Positions 17,719-27,349 of a stretch of DNA of 64,000 bases are shown piece by piece. The position numbers were made by a program, and so were the translations under genes. Position 1 is the first letter of the stretch. The number at the start of each line of letters is the position of its first letter. The DNA is from Ignavibacteriales bacterium. Lineage in GTDB: Bacteria > Bacteroidota > Ignavibacteria > Ignavibacteriales > SURF-24. The stretch covers positions 231 through 64,230 of the forward strand of contig DATAKL010000064.1 of the NCBI GenBank assembly GCA_036261625.1, read 5' to 3'. Below the pieces are notes generated by a model. That model was not told where the DNA came from, made no database searches, and worked only from the letters and a program-made list of their open reading frames with translations.

Positions 17719-20277
17719 ATGAAGTTTTCCCCTGATAAATTAAGCATAATTGCGCTCCTCTTGTTATCTACAGCGGCTTATGCTGAAGGCGGTTTCAAAG
17801 ACGGAAAAAATCTAAATAAAACCGCATCCAATCCCTGGCCATACACACACATGACCATTAACAATGTAACAACCATAGTTTATGCCAATGGAGTGGCAGA
17901 TGTGGATTCCAACACCTCTGATGGAAAAGCAGGTTTTATTTATCCGAAGGGAACCACTAAGACAGTAGCAAATGGGTCGGGACTCATCTGGGGCGGCATA
18001 GTAAATGAGGAAAAAATAGCTAACGGAAGTAAATATAACTCGGGCTTAAGACCGGGAAAGATCCTGCCCGGGGGAACACCGGAAGATCCGGCAAAAGCCC
18101 GCATTTACAGGGTCAGAAGAGATTATAAGACAGCCAGCCTGTTCACTGAAATAGAGTGCAGTGAGGGTACTGAAAGTGAAGTAAGAAACCGCTATGACAA
18201 GGACTGGAAGGAGTGGCCTGCTTCTGACGGTGCTCCGTATGAAGACGTAAATCACGACGGACAGTATGATCCTGAAATTGATATCCCCGGTGAACCCGGT
18301 GCAGATCAGACTGTCTGGTTTGCGGCAAATGATCTGGATGAGAAAACTTCCAGGGCTTTTTTCGGCTCGAAGCCGATCGGAATAGAAATGCAGTGCACAG
18401 TATTCGCTTATAGAAATCCGGGTTCACTGAAAAATATGATCTTTAAAAGGTATAAGCTGATCAATAAAAGCATTGATACGGTCAAAAACATGTATACAAT
18501 GGTCTGGGGTGATTTTGATATTGGAGACAAGTGGGATGACTTCGCCGGATGCGACTCACTGCTTAATCTGGGATACTGCTATAATGCCCAGTCATCGGAT
18601 AATATTTACGGAAATACTCCGCCGGCCGCTGGTTTTGTACTCCTGCAGGGACCCGCTGTAGAAGGCTCTCTGTCAGACACGGCATATCTGAATGGAAGAA
18701 AAATTCCCGGAATGAAAAACCTTTCCACGACATCAGTGAGCTATCTGATTATGAGGGATGATTGGTGGCAGTTCGAACCTCCCCATACAGGTGACTGGGC
18801 TGCACGCTATCATTACCTTTTTATGCAGGGGTATATGTATTGGATTCTTAGTTATTTTCCTGTTCCTTCGGCATTGGGCGGGGGAGTGACAAAGTTTCCA
18901 TATTCAGGAGACCCCGCTAAGAAGACAGGCTATCTTGACGGCATATTATACCCAAGAGGCGACCGCTGTGTGGGCCTAAATTCCGGTCCTTTTAATTTTG
19001 CCCCGGGCGATACGCAGGAAGTTGTCTTTGCTGAAATTGCCGCCGGCGGCACTCCGGGCGTAGATTATCTTCAGGCGGTAACGCTCCTTAAAGATTATGC
19101 CGGTTTCGTAAAAGATCTTTTCAGGAATGGAAGAGAGTATATGAAGCTTGTTGATCCGCCGGCTTTAAGTGCAGAAGGGTATGACAGGCAGATTGTGCTT
19201 AACTGGGGAGGCGATCAGGCCGGCATAAATAAAACAGAAAATTATAATTTTCTTTCCTATAAGTTCGAGGGTTACAATGTTTATCAGCTCCCTTATCCGG
19301 GGGCAAAAATAAGCGATGGGAAAAGATTAGCTGTCTTTGACATTGATGACAGCATAAAAAACGTTTTCGGCAAAGTAACTGATTGGGATACCGGAGTGGA
19401 AAATATTGTTCCGCAGCAGTTCGGAACGGACTCCGGAATTCAAAGATACCTGAAAATAACGGAGGACGCTTTTACAAATTTTCCCCTTGTAAACGGAAAG
19501 AAGTACTACTATGCTGTTACCGCCTATGCGGTGGACCCGGATAAGGACCCGAGTAACCTTGAAGGCATTCCTGTCATTATTGAAGCAGTCCCTCACACGA
19601 ATGACCCCGGCGTGGTCTACAATTCCTCTTTCGGTGATACGCTTCAGGTAAGCCACACTTCAGGAAAAAGCGGCGGACGGGTAGTTGCGCTTGTAATTGA
19701 GCCCGGAAAACTTACGGGTGATGAGTACAGCGTGGAGTTCGATACCTTAAATGGCCTGACACAATGGAAAGTTATTGATCTTACAAAGAATAAAACTCTG
19801 CTTGGCAGTCAGACTGCTCATAAAGAAAAGGATGGATACCCGATTATCGATGGAATTCTCATTAAGGTAATTAGTCCTTCTTATGACGTAAAACCCGATG
19901 ATAAATTTACATTTAAGTCCACAGCTCCTTCATTTGACGGCCTGTCGGCCAAGATAGATGTGGATAGGATAAACGTTTTTCCTAATCCATATTATGGGGG
20001 TAATTCCCAGGAATTTAGCAGGTATCAGAAATATGTAACATTTAATCATCTGCCGGTTAAAGCTACAATTAGGATATTCAACCTGGCAGGACAGCTTGTA
20101 AGAACAATCTATAAGGATACGCCGGGACAGTTTGCAACGTGGGACTTGTTGAATGAACATAACTTTCAGGCAGCAAGCGGGTTGTACGTGGTATACATTG
20201 ATATGCCCGACCTTGGTAAGACAAAGATCCTCAAGCTTGCAGTTATTCAGGAGCAGATTGTGCCTGAGAGGTATTAA
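17719..20277 (+). CDS. Large secreted protein with a T9SS type-A C-terminal sorting domain (paralogue 2)
   Basis: 852 aa, collinear with paralogue 1 except for a segment of about 220 aa that is absent here. Has a signal peptide and the same C-terminal sorting-domain pattern. Confidence 0.8.
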   Translation: MKFSPDKLSIIALLLLSTAAYAEGGFKDGKNLNKTASNPWPYTHMTINNVTTIVYANGVADVDSNTSDGKAGFIYPKGTTKTVANGSGLIWGGIVNEEKIANGSKYNSGLRPGKILPGGTPEDPAKARIYRVRRDYKTASLFTEIECSEGTESEVRNRYDKDWKEWPASDGAPYEDVNHDGQYDPEIDIPGEPGADQTVWFAANDLDEKTSRAFFGSKPIGIEMQCTVFAYRNPGSLKNMIFKRYKLINKSIDTVKNMYTMVWGDFDIGDKWDDFAGCDSLLNLGYCYNAQSSDNIYGNTPPAAGFVLLQGPAVEGSLSDTAYLNGRKIPGMKNLSTTSVSYLIMRDDWWQFEPPHTGDWAARYHYLFMQGYMYWILSYFPVPSALGGGVTKFPYSGDPAKKTGYLDGILYPRGDRCVGLNSGPFNFAPGDTQEVVFAEIAAGGTPGVDYLQAVTLLKDYAGFVKDLFRNGREYMKLVDPPALSAEGYDRQIVLNWGGDQAGINKTENYNFLSYKFEGYNVYQLPYPGAKISDGKRLAVFDIDDSIKNVFGKVTDWDTGVENIVPQQFGTDSGIQRYLKITEDAFTNFPLVNGKKYYYAVTAYAVDPDKDPSNLEGIPVIIEAVPHTNDPGVVYNSSFGDTLQVSHTSGKSGGRVVALVIEPGKLTGDEYSVEFDTLNGLTQWKVIDLTKNKTLLGSQTAHKEKDGYPIIDGILIKVISPSYDVKPDDKFTFKSTAPSFDGLSAKIDVDRINVFPNPYYGGNSQEFSRYQKYVTFNHLPVKATIRIFNLAGQLVRTIYKDTPGQFATWDLLNEHNFQAASGLYVVYIDMPDLGKTKILKLAVIQEQIVPERY

Positions 20278-20283
20278 CATTTT

Positions 20284-20793
20284 ATGCAGATCGAAGAAAA
20301 AGAATATACATGGAAAGATGAGGTTAAGCACTGGCTGCCTTCGGCCTTGATGCTCCCGATTATGATCTACTGGGTTATGAACAGGGGGCATTACGGCATA
20401 ATAGATAATGCCGATCTGGTGATCCATGAAGGGGGACACCTGATATTCTATATATTCGGAGACTTCATATACACCCTGGGCGGAACGCTGATGCAGATAC
20501 TGCTTCCCATGCTCATTGCATATTACTTCTTTACGAATTCATATAAAACGGGACTTCAGTGCGCCCTCTTGTGGCTGGGGCAGAACCTGATCAATATCAG
20601 CGTCTATGCCTCGGATGCAAGAGCGCATAAGCTCCACCTTCTGGGAGGAAATAAGGTTTATCACGACTGGACATATCTGCTGGGAAGAATGGGAATCATG
20701 GAATATGATCATGAAGTGGGATACCTCTTCTTCGGCGCAGCAATTATAATTTTTATTGTTGTTCTTATTATTCCAAAATTCATGAATGAATAA
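20284..20793 (+). CDS. Small polytopic membrane protein with an HExxH motif (putative membrane zincin)
   Basis: 169 aa, starting 6 nt after the paralogue-2 stop. The HEGGH motif sits at the edge of a TM helix, and there are 4-5 predicted helices. Confidence 0.5.
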   Translation: MQIEEKEYTWKDEVKHWLPSALMLPIMIYWVMNRGHYGIIDNADLVIHEGGHLIFYIFGDFIYTLGGTLMQILLPMLIAYYFFTNSYKTGLQCALLWLGQNLINISVYASDARAHKLHLLGGNKVYHDWTYLLGRMGIMEYDHEVGYLFFGAAIIIFIVVLIIPKFMNE

Positions 20794-20839
20794 ATGGTGT
20801 TTTTCGTAGTGGGCATTAATCGGACATCGTTAAAAAAAT

Positions 20840-21185
20840 CATTTCAGTTGTCTTCAAATGCCGCGGACAGCGGCATAGTATCGATAGCCCCGGGTGACAA
20901 ACCCCGGCAGGGGTGCCGGAACCCGGGGTTAGGATACAAAAAAATCAGAGCCGCGGCAGCCGCGACATGTTCCGATTCTACGGCAATTTGCTCAATAAAA
21001 TCAAATCGTCATTTGTGGGGTATCAAATTTGAATCATGGATTCACTCCATTCCAAAACATGGCGCGGCTGACCGCGGCGCATGGGATTGTGGGGGGATTC
21101 CGTGGTCCCGGGGTTCAATCGTCTGCCAGAGGCGGACTCAATCACCCTGGGCTATCAACATGAGGCCGCTGACCACGGCCTTAAA
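20840..21185. repeat. Element C: long inverted-repeat structured element, same family as element A
   Basis: ATAG at 20884-20887 is mirrored by CTAT at 21152-21155. It has the same block order as element A (TAGCCCCGGGT...AACCCGGGGTTAGGATAC; GGGATTGTGGGGGGATTCCG...CCCGGGGTT...CACCCTGGGCTAT) but different stems. Confidence 0.75.
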
Positions 21186-21244
21186 ACCAAAGACATATTA
21201 ATAATTTTATTGACGTTTAGGCCATAAAATATCTGATTTAAATT

Positions 21245-23293
21245 CTATAATTTCTTCTCCATTCTCTTAACCAGCGTAAGGATATCATAAACTGCGGCTT
21301 TCTCGTCATTCTGATTTAAGACCTCCACATGCCAGACAACTACTCCTGCGGCTTCTTCGCCTTCTTTTGTTTCCTTTTCGGACTTCCGCTTGCACGTTAG
21401 CTTCACGTAAATTGTATCTCCCGGCGAGACAGGCTTTATAAACCTCAGGTTCTCCAGACCGTAGTTTGCAATAACCGGCCCCGGCGCAGGATGAACAAAC
21501 AGCCCTGCGGCTGCCGCAATAAGAAAATACCCGTGCACGACACGCTTCTGGAAGTAGGATTCGCCCGCTGCAATCTCATCCATATGAGCATAGAAAAAGT
21601 CGCCGCTTACCCCGGCAAAGTTTATTATGTCAGCTTCGGTTATCGTTCTTCGGTGCGTAACAAGTGTGTCGCCGATTTTAAGCTCATCAAAATATTTCTG
21701 GAACGGGTGAATCCTGTCTTTTATTTCCCGCGCTCCTTCCATCCACACATTGGTTATGTTCGTGAGAGTCGTGGGCGAGCCCTGAAGGGCAACCCTCTGC
21801 ATGTAATGCTTGACTCCTAAAATTCCTCCAAGCTCTTCACCTCCTCCGGCACGCCCCGGACCCCCGTGCACAAGCTGCGGCATGGGAGAGCCGTGACCTG
21901 TGGATTCCTTGGCAGAGTCGCGGTTAATTATCATTACGCGTCCGTGGTAAGGCGCCAGACCAAAGGTCAGCTCCTTTGCTATACTGTCGTCTGCCGTAAA
22001 CACAGAAGCAACAAGGCTTCCTTTACCCATATTCGAAATCTTTACGGCGTCACGCACTGATACATACGGCATGACTGTGTTGACGGGTCCGAATGCTTCA
22101 ACTTCGTGAGGCTCCCTTACACCTTCGGGATTTTTGCAGTAAAGAAGCACGGGATCAAGAAAGGCTCCTTTATCCTTATCTGCTCCAATCAGCTTAAAAT
22201 CCTCCGAGTATCCGTAAACAATTTCCGTTACTTTGCTTAAATCCTTTACTTTTTCCTTTACTTTCTTAAGCTGATTGCGGCTCACCAGGGGACCCATCCT
22301 TACATCCTCGTTTTCAGGGCTGCCGATCTTAACGTCCGAGAGCCTTTTCTTTAAGGCTTTTACAACGTCGGCTGCCTTGTCCAGAGGAACCAGAGTGCGC
22401 CTAATTGCTGTGCACTTCTGCCCGGCCTTTACCGTCATCTCGCGTACCACCTCCTTAATAAACAGCTCAAACTCCGGCATGTCAATCTCTACATCGACAC
22501 CCAGTATGGAGCAGTTGATGGAGTCTGTTTCCATGTTAAAGCGCACTGAATTCTCCACAATCGAGGGGAGCGTCTTAAGCTTTCTTCCCGTCTGGGCAGA
22601 TCCTGTAAAGGATACCACATCCTGGCAGGTAAGATAACTTAAAAGGTCACCCGGATCACCCGATATGAGCTGAAGCGATCCCTCGGGAAAAAGTCCCGAT
22701 TCTATTATCATGCGCACCATTCTTTCGGCTAAGAACATCCCTTCAGGCGCGGGTTTTACAATTGAAGGCATTCCGGCAAGAAACGTTGGTGCAAGTTTCT
22801 CAAGCATTCCCCAGCAGGGAAAGTTGTAAGCATTGATGTGAACGGCTGCGCCCTCCAGGGGAACAAGTACGTGGCGCCCGGCAAAAGTCCCGTTCTTTGA
22901 AAGCGCCTCCGGCTCTCCTTCAACAATAAACGTTTCATTTGAGAGTTCACGCCTCCCCTTGCCGGCATAAGTAAAGAAAGTGCCAATGCCGCCGTCAATA
23001 TCTATCCATGAATCAGTTTTTGTTGCACCTGTATAGACAGAGAGTTTATAAAGCTCGTCTTTCCGGTCAAAAAGATACTTCGCAGCGTTTCTTAGGACTG
23101 ACGCCCTTTCGTGAAATGTCATCTGTCTTATACTTGGGCCCCCGACGTTCCTTGCGTATTCAAGCATCCCCTTAAAGTCGAGTCCTTCGGAACTTATTTC
23201 GGCAACTGTTTCTCCCGTTGCGGCATTAAAAAGGTCCTGAGCCTTCCCGCGCGACTTATACCACCTGCCCATTGCATAGCTTTCAAGTCTCAT
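21245..23293 (-). CDS. paaZ: Bifunctional oxepin-CoA hydrolase / 3-oxo-5,6-dehydrosuberyl-CoA semialdehyde dehydrogenase
   Basis: An aldehyde dehydrogenase domain is followed by a C-terminal MaoC hydratase domain, with long stretches collinear with E. coli PaaZ (FNFPCWGMLEKLAP, KESTGHGSPMPQLVHGGPGRAGGGEELGG). Start ATG 23293 overlaps the paaY stop (ATGA). Confidence 0.9.
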   Translation of the reverse strand: MRLESYAMGRWYKSRGKAQDLFNAATGETVAEISSEGLDFKGMLEYARNVGGPSIRQMTFHERASVLRNAAKYLFDRKDELYKLSVYTGATKTDSWIDIDGGIGTFFTYAGKGRRELSNETFIVEGEPEALSKNGTFAGRHVLVPLEGAAVHINAYNFPCWGMLEKLAPTFLAGMPSIVKPAPEGMFLAERMVRMIIESGLFPEGSLQLISGDPGDLLSYLTCQDVVSFTGSAQTGRKLKTLPSIVENSVRFNMETDSINCSILGVDVEIDMPEFELFIKEVVREMTVKAGQKCTAIRRTLVPLDKAADVVKALKKRLSDVKIGSPENEDVRMGPLVSRNQLKKVKEKVKDLSKVTEIVYGYSEDFKLIGADKDKGAFLDPVLLYCKNPEGVREPHEVEAFGPVNTVMPYVSVRDAVKISNMGKGSLVASVFTADDSIAKELTFGLAPYHGRVMIINRDSAKESTGHGSPMPQLVHGGPGRAGGGEELGGILGVKHYMQRVALQGSPTTLTNITNVWMEGAREIKDRIHPFQKYFDELKIGDTLVTHRRTITEADIINFAGVSGDFFYAHMDEIAAGESYFQKRVVHGYFLIAAAAGLFVHPAPGPVIANYGLENLRFIKPVSPGDTIYVKLTCKRKSEKETKEGEEAAGVVVWHVEVLNQNDEKAAVYDILTLVKRMEKKL

Positions 23294-23886
23294 TTTGTTT
23301 CTTTCCATGTTTTATATATTGCTTTTTGTTTTACCCGGTCCTCCGGAATTTCCCTCAAAGGCTCGCAGGGCTTAAAGGAACTCTGCATCCTTCGCGGGAG
23401 CGCCTTGTAGATCATGGTTCCTTCAGTTTTCCACTCAATCATTTCATCTGTTACATCCTTAATGATCCTTGCAGGGCTCCCAACGGCGAGCTTCCTGTTT
23501 GGGATTTTCATTTCTGCAGGCACAAGCGAAAGAGCCCCTACAATGCACTCATCTCCAACAACGGCGTTATCCATAATTACAGAGTTCATTCCGATAAGAG
23601 TGTTCCGCCCCACAGTGCCGCCGTGAATAATTGCGCCGTGGCCTATATGGGCCATTTCGTGAAGAATTACCGTAACGCCCGGGAACATGTGAATAACGCA
23701 GTTTTCCTGCACGTTGCAGCCGTCCTCAATTATTATTTCACCGAAGTCGCCTCTTATTGCGGCTCCCGGACCGACGTAAACATCCTTTCCGATAATAACG
23801 TTTCCGGTTACCGAGGCGTTGGGATGAATAAAGGCACTTTCGTGGATTACGGGGCGGTAGCCTTCAAATTCAAATATATTGCTCAT
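23290..23886 (-). CDS. paaY: PaaY-like hexapeptide-repeat (gamma-carbonic-anhydrase fold) protein
   Basis: 198 aa with left-handed beta-helix repeats, positioned inside the paa cluster. Confidence 0.8.
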   Translation of the reverse strand: MSNIFEFEGYRPVIHESAFIHPNASVTGNVIIGKDVYVGPGAAIRGDFGEIIIEDGCNVQENCVIHMFPGVTVILHEMAHIGHGAIIHGGTVGRNTLIGMNSVIMDNAVVGDECIVGALSLVPAEMKIPNRKLAVGSPARIIKDVTDEMIEWKTEGTMIYKALPRRMQSSFKPCEPLREIPEDRVKQKAIYKTWKETK

Positions 23887-23894
23887 AGTATTTT

Positions 23895-25127
23895 CTATAA
23901 ATTCATGTTTTCAATAATTACAGCCATTCCCTGGCCAACTCCTATGCACATGGTGCAGATGGCGTAGCGCTTGCCTTTTTCCAAAAGCTCGTACATTGCC
24001 GTGGTAATAAGTCTTGCACCCGACATTCCAAGAGGATGCCCCAGTGCTATGGCGCCCCCATTCGGGTTAAGCCTCGGGTCGTTATCCTCAAGCTTAAGTT
24101 CCCTCAGGCATGCAAGCGCCTGGGAGGCAAAAGCTTCATTAAGTTCAATTACAGATATTTCATCAAAACTGAGAGCGCTTCTTTTAAGCGCCTCCAGTGT
24201 AGCCCTTACGGGCCCGATGCCCATTATCCTGGGCTCAACACCAACAACGGCTGAAGTTACAATGCGGGCCCGGGGCTTGAGATTAAATTCCCTTACAGCG
24301 TTTTCCGATGCCAGTAAGAGCGCACAGGCCCCGTCGTTTATGCCGGAAGAGTTTCCGGCTGTTACGGTGCCCATGCCGTCTTTTCTGAATGCAGGTTTAA
24401 GTTTGCCCAGTATTTCTGTTGTGGTATTCGGCCTTATGAATTCATCGCTGCCGAATATTAAAGGAGCACCTTTCGCCTGGGGGACTTCAACCTCCGTAAT
24501 TTCTTTCTTAAAGCGCCCTCTTTTTTGTGCCTCCGTAGCTTTCATCTGCGAGCGGTATGCAAATAGGTCCTGATCCTCCCGGCTGATGGAATAGATTTCA
24601 GCCAGGTTTTCTGCAGTCTCGCCCATGGACTCTATTCCGTACATCGCTTTCATTTTAGGATTTACAAATCTCCAGCCCAGACTTGTATCATAAATCTCCG
24701 CGTGAGTTGAAAAGGGGGTTGGGGCTTTTGAAAGAGCAAACGGCGCGCGAGTCATATTCTCCACTCCGCCTGCTATGTATAAGTCCCCGTCGCCAAGGCG
24801 TATTGCACGTGCGGCTTCAACTACGGCACTCATGCCCGAGGCGCACAGGCGGTTTACAGTCATACCCGGCACGGTATAGGGAAGTCCCGCCAATAGAAGA
24901 GCCATTCGGGCCACATTCCTGTTATCCTCTCCTGCCTGATTGGCGCATCCCAATATGACGTCGCTTACGCGTGAGGTGTCAGCGCCCGGGTTTCTTTCCG
25001 CTACCTTCCTTACTACGTGTGCGGCCATGTCATCCGCCCTTACGTTCGAGAGGCTTCCGGCATGTTTCCCGATCGGCGTCCTGATTGCATCAATTATATA
25101 TGCTTCTTTTATAATATGTTCTTTCAT
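23895..25127 (-). CDS. paaJ: 3-oxoadipyl-CoA / acetyl-CoA C-acyltransferase (thiolase)
   Basis: 410 aa with the thiolase active-site contexts (VNRLCASGM, NEAFA, GGAIALGHPLGMSG, CIGVGQG), inside the paa cluster. Confidence 0.85.
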   Translation of the reverse strand: MKEHIIKEAYIIDAIRTPIGKHAGSLSNVRADDMAAHVVRKVAERNPGADTSRVSDVILGCANQAGEDNRNVARMALLLAGLPYTVPGMTVNRLCASGMSAVVEAARAIRLGDGDLYIAGGVENMTRAPFALSKAPTPFSTHAEIYDTSLGWRFVNPKMKAMYGIESMGETAENLAEIYSISREDQDLFAYRSQMKATEAQKRGRFKKEITEVEVPQAKGAPLIFGSDEFIRPNTTTEILGKLKPAFRKDGMGTVTAGNSSGINDGACALLLASENAVREFNLKPRARIVTSAVVGVEPRIMGIGPVRATLEALKRSALSFDEISVIELNEAFASQALACLRELKLEDNDPRLNPNGGAIALGHPLGMSGARLITTAMYELLEKGKRYAICTMCIGVGQGMAVIIENMNL

Positions 25128-25136
25128 TTTATCTTT

Positions 25137-26303
25137 CTATGGATAAAAGCGCTCATTATTTTTTACCATTTTCTTAAGCAAAGGTGAAGGCCTGTAGCGG
25201 TCCTCACCATACTCCTGCTGAAGCTCTGTAAGCCTGGCAAGAATTCTTTCCGGACCTATATCATCTGCCCATTTAAGAAGTCCCAAAGGGTAGTTGACCC
25301 CTTTCATCATTGCAAGATCTATATCCTCCCTGGAAGCTATATTCATATGCAGGGCATCTACAGCCTCATTGATCAGCATGGAAATAATACGAAACCAAAT
25401 TTCACGCGCAAGTTCAATGTCTTTAACCGGTTCCTCATTTAATGCTTCAGGAGAGTAGTCATAAAATCCCATTCCGGATTTTCTTCCTAAGCGTCCAGCC
25501 TCAACCATCCTTTTCTGAGTAATTGAAGGCCTGTAGCGCGAGTCGTAATAAAGACCTTCAAAGACGCTCTCGGTTACCTTGTAGTTAATGTCGTTGCCTA
25601 TAAGGTCCATCAGTTCAAAGGGACCCATTCTGAAGCCCCCGATTACCTTCATTGCCCAGTCGATTGTAGGCACTAGGGCAATATTTTCCTCCAGTATTCT
25701 TAAAGCCTCGCCGTAGAAAGGCCTCGCAATACGGTTTACAATAAAGCCCGGTGTGTCTTTGGCAGTAACGGGAGTTTTATTCCAGCTGTGGGTAATTTCA
25801 CGCATCCTGTTTACTGTCTCCGGTGAAGACTCAAGTCCGGGAATAATTTCCACCAGGGGCATCAGGTATGCGGGATTGAAAAAATGCATTCCCGCAACTT
25901 TTGAAGGATCCATTGCTGCTGCGGCAATTGAGGTTATGGACAAGGATGAAGTATTTGTGGCAAAAAGGGCATCTTTTCCAAGTAACATTTCCACTTCAGT
26001 AAAAACTTTTCTCTTTACCGCGAGCTCTTCAACTACAGCTTCAATAACAAGATCTGACTTAGCCAGATCTGTCATTTCACAACTGAAAGTGATGCGTTCT
26101 TTAAGATTCCTGACATCGCTTTCGCTGAAGCGCCCCTTTTCCTTCTGGCGGTCAATGAGGCGGTAGATTTCCTCTTTGGCACTGTCGAGAACATGAGGGC
26201 TGATCTCATAAAGAGTGGTTTTGCATTTGTTCAAGGCGGCAGTATAGGCAATGCTGCGTCCCATAGTGCCGCCTCCGATAATTCCTATAGAAAGGTATTT
26301 CAA
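25137..26303 (-). CDS. paaH: 3-hydroxyacyl-CoA dehydrogenase
   Basis: 388 aa with an N-terminal GGGTMG Rossmann motif and a 3HCDH C-terminal domain, inside the paa cluster. Confidence 0.8.
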   Translation of the reverse strand: MKYLSIGIIGGGTMGRSIAYTAALNKCKTTLYEISPHVLDSAKEEIYRLIDRQKEKGRFSESDVRNLKERITFSCEMTDLAKSDLVIEAVVEELAVKRKVFTEVEMLLGKDALFATNTSSLSITSIAAAAMDPSKVAGMHFFNPAYLMPLVEIIPGLESSPETVNRMREITHSWNKTPVTAKDTPGFIVNRIARPFYGEALRILEENIALVPTIDWAMKVIGGFRMGPFELMDLIGNDINYKVTESVFEGLYYDSRYRPSITQKRMVEAGRLGRKSGMGFYDYSPEALNEEPVKDIELAREIWFRIISMLINEAVDALHMNIASREDIDLAMMKGVNYPLGLLKWADDIGPERILARLTELQQEYGEDRYRPSPLLKKMVKNNERFYP

Positions 26304-26332
26304 TATGCCCCTCGGTTATTGAAAAAGTTTTC

Positions 26333-27304
26333 TTACCACGCGTAAGCCTCTGGCGCCTGATTACCAGGTCCGGGCCATATTTCATCAAGTTTCTCGAGCA
26401 TTTCGTCTGACATCTTTATATGAAGCACTTTAAGGCTTTCCTCCAGCTGTTCCAGGGTTCTTGGTCCTATAATGGGCGCCGTAACAACAGGGTTATGCAT
26501 AACCCATGCGAGCGCAATATTTGCAAGGCTCTGCTCTGTATCCTGGCAGCATCTTTCGTATGCCTCAAGCTGCGGGCGCAGTTTTTCCACGGCCTCCTGA
26601 AGTGCGGGGCGGGCCCGTCTTCCCTCGGAAGGTTTTTCAAGTACCCCGTCGCTTAGAATTCCGCCTCCTAAGGGGCTCCATGGTATAAGTCCCACTCCCA
26701 TAGCCCTGCATGCCGGTATTACCTCAAGCTCTATGTGACGGTTGCGGAGGCTGTAGATGCTCTGCTCGGAGACGAGTCCCAGAAAATTTCTTTTTTCAGC
26801 GATATAGTTTGCCTGAACGATATTCCATGCCGCAAAGTTGCTGCTTCCGACATAAATAATTTTCCCTTCCTGAACGAGCTGTTCCATTGCCTGCCATATT
26901 TCCTCCCACGGTGTGTCGCGGTCGACGTGGTGCATCTGGTAAAGATCTATATAGTCTGTCTGAAGTCTTTTTAAGCTGGCCTCGCAGGCGAGCTTAATGC
27001 TGCGCGCCGAAAGCTTCCCCTCGTTCGGCCAGTCGCTCATATTGCCGTAAACTTTTGTTGCAAGGACGGTCTTTTCCCTGCGGCTGTGCCCTTTCTGAAA
27101 CCACTTGCCTATAATTTCTTCTGTTCTGCCTTTATTTTCCCCGCCATAGACGTTGGCCGTATCAAAAAAGTTAATGCCGTGTTCGAGAGCGGCATCCATT
27201 ATCTTAAAGCTGTCGCCTTCGGATGTGTAGGTCCCGAAATTCATTGTACCCAGGCAGAGTCTGCTTACCAGTAAGCCCGATCTGCCAAGATGAGTGTATT
27301 CCAT
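26333..27304 (-). CDS. Aldo/keto reductase
   Basis: 323 aa. N-terminal [19 protein letters not shown] and FFDTANVYG are typical AKR signatures. Confidence 0.85.
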   Translation of the reverse strand: MEYTHLGRSGLLVSRLCLGTMNFGTYTSEGDSFKIMDAALEHGINFFDTANVYGGENKGRTEEIIGKWFQKGHSRREKTVLATKVYGNMSDWPNEGKLSARSIKLACEASLKRLQTDYIDLYQMHHVDRDTPWEEIWQAMEQLVQEGKIIYVGSSNFAAWNIVQANYIAEKRNFLGLVSEQSIYSLRNRHIELEVIPACRAMGVGLIPWSPLGGGILSDGVLEKPSEGRRARPALQEAVEKLRPQLEAYERCCQDTEQSLANIALAWVMHNPVVTAPIIGPRTLEQLEESLKVLHIKMSDEMLEKLDEIWPGPGNQAPEAYAW

Positions 27305-27349
27305 ATTTTCCTCTCAACTAAAGTTTTGAAAATTATTTGCCTGAAATAT

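Noticed and set aside
21100-21130. GGGGTTCAATCG, resembling a tRNA T-arm.
   Set aside because: No acceptor stem, anticodon arm or cloverleaf can be drawn around it, and it lies inside repeat element C.
20794-21201. 135-aa plus-strand ORF filling the gap between the HExxH membrane gene and paaZ.
   Set aside because: It coincides exactly with structured repeat element C. Its Ala/Gly/Arg/Cys-rich translation has no RBS and looks like a read-through of GC-rich palindromes.
23272-23967. 231-aa plus-strand ORF overlapping paaY.
   Set aside because: It is antisense to a well-supported hexapeptide-repeat gene inside a tightly packed operon, and its translation has no recognisable features.
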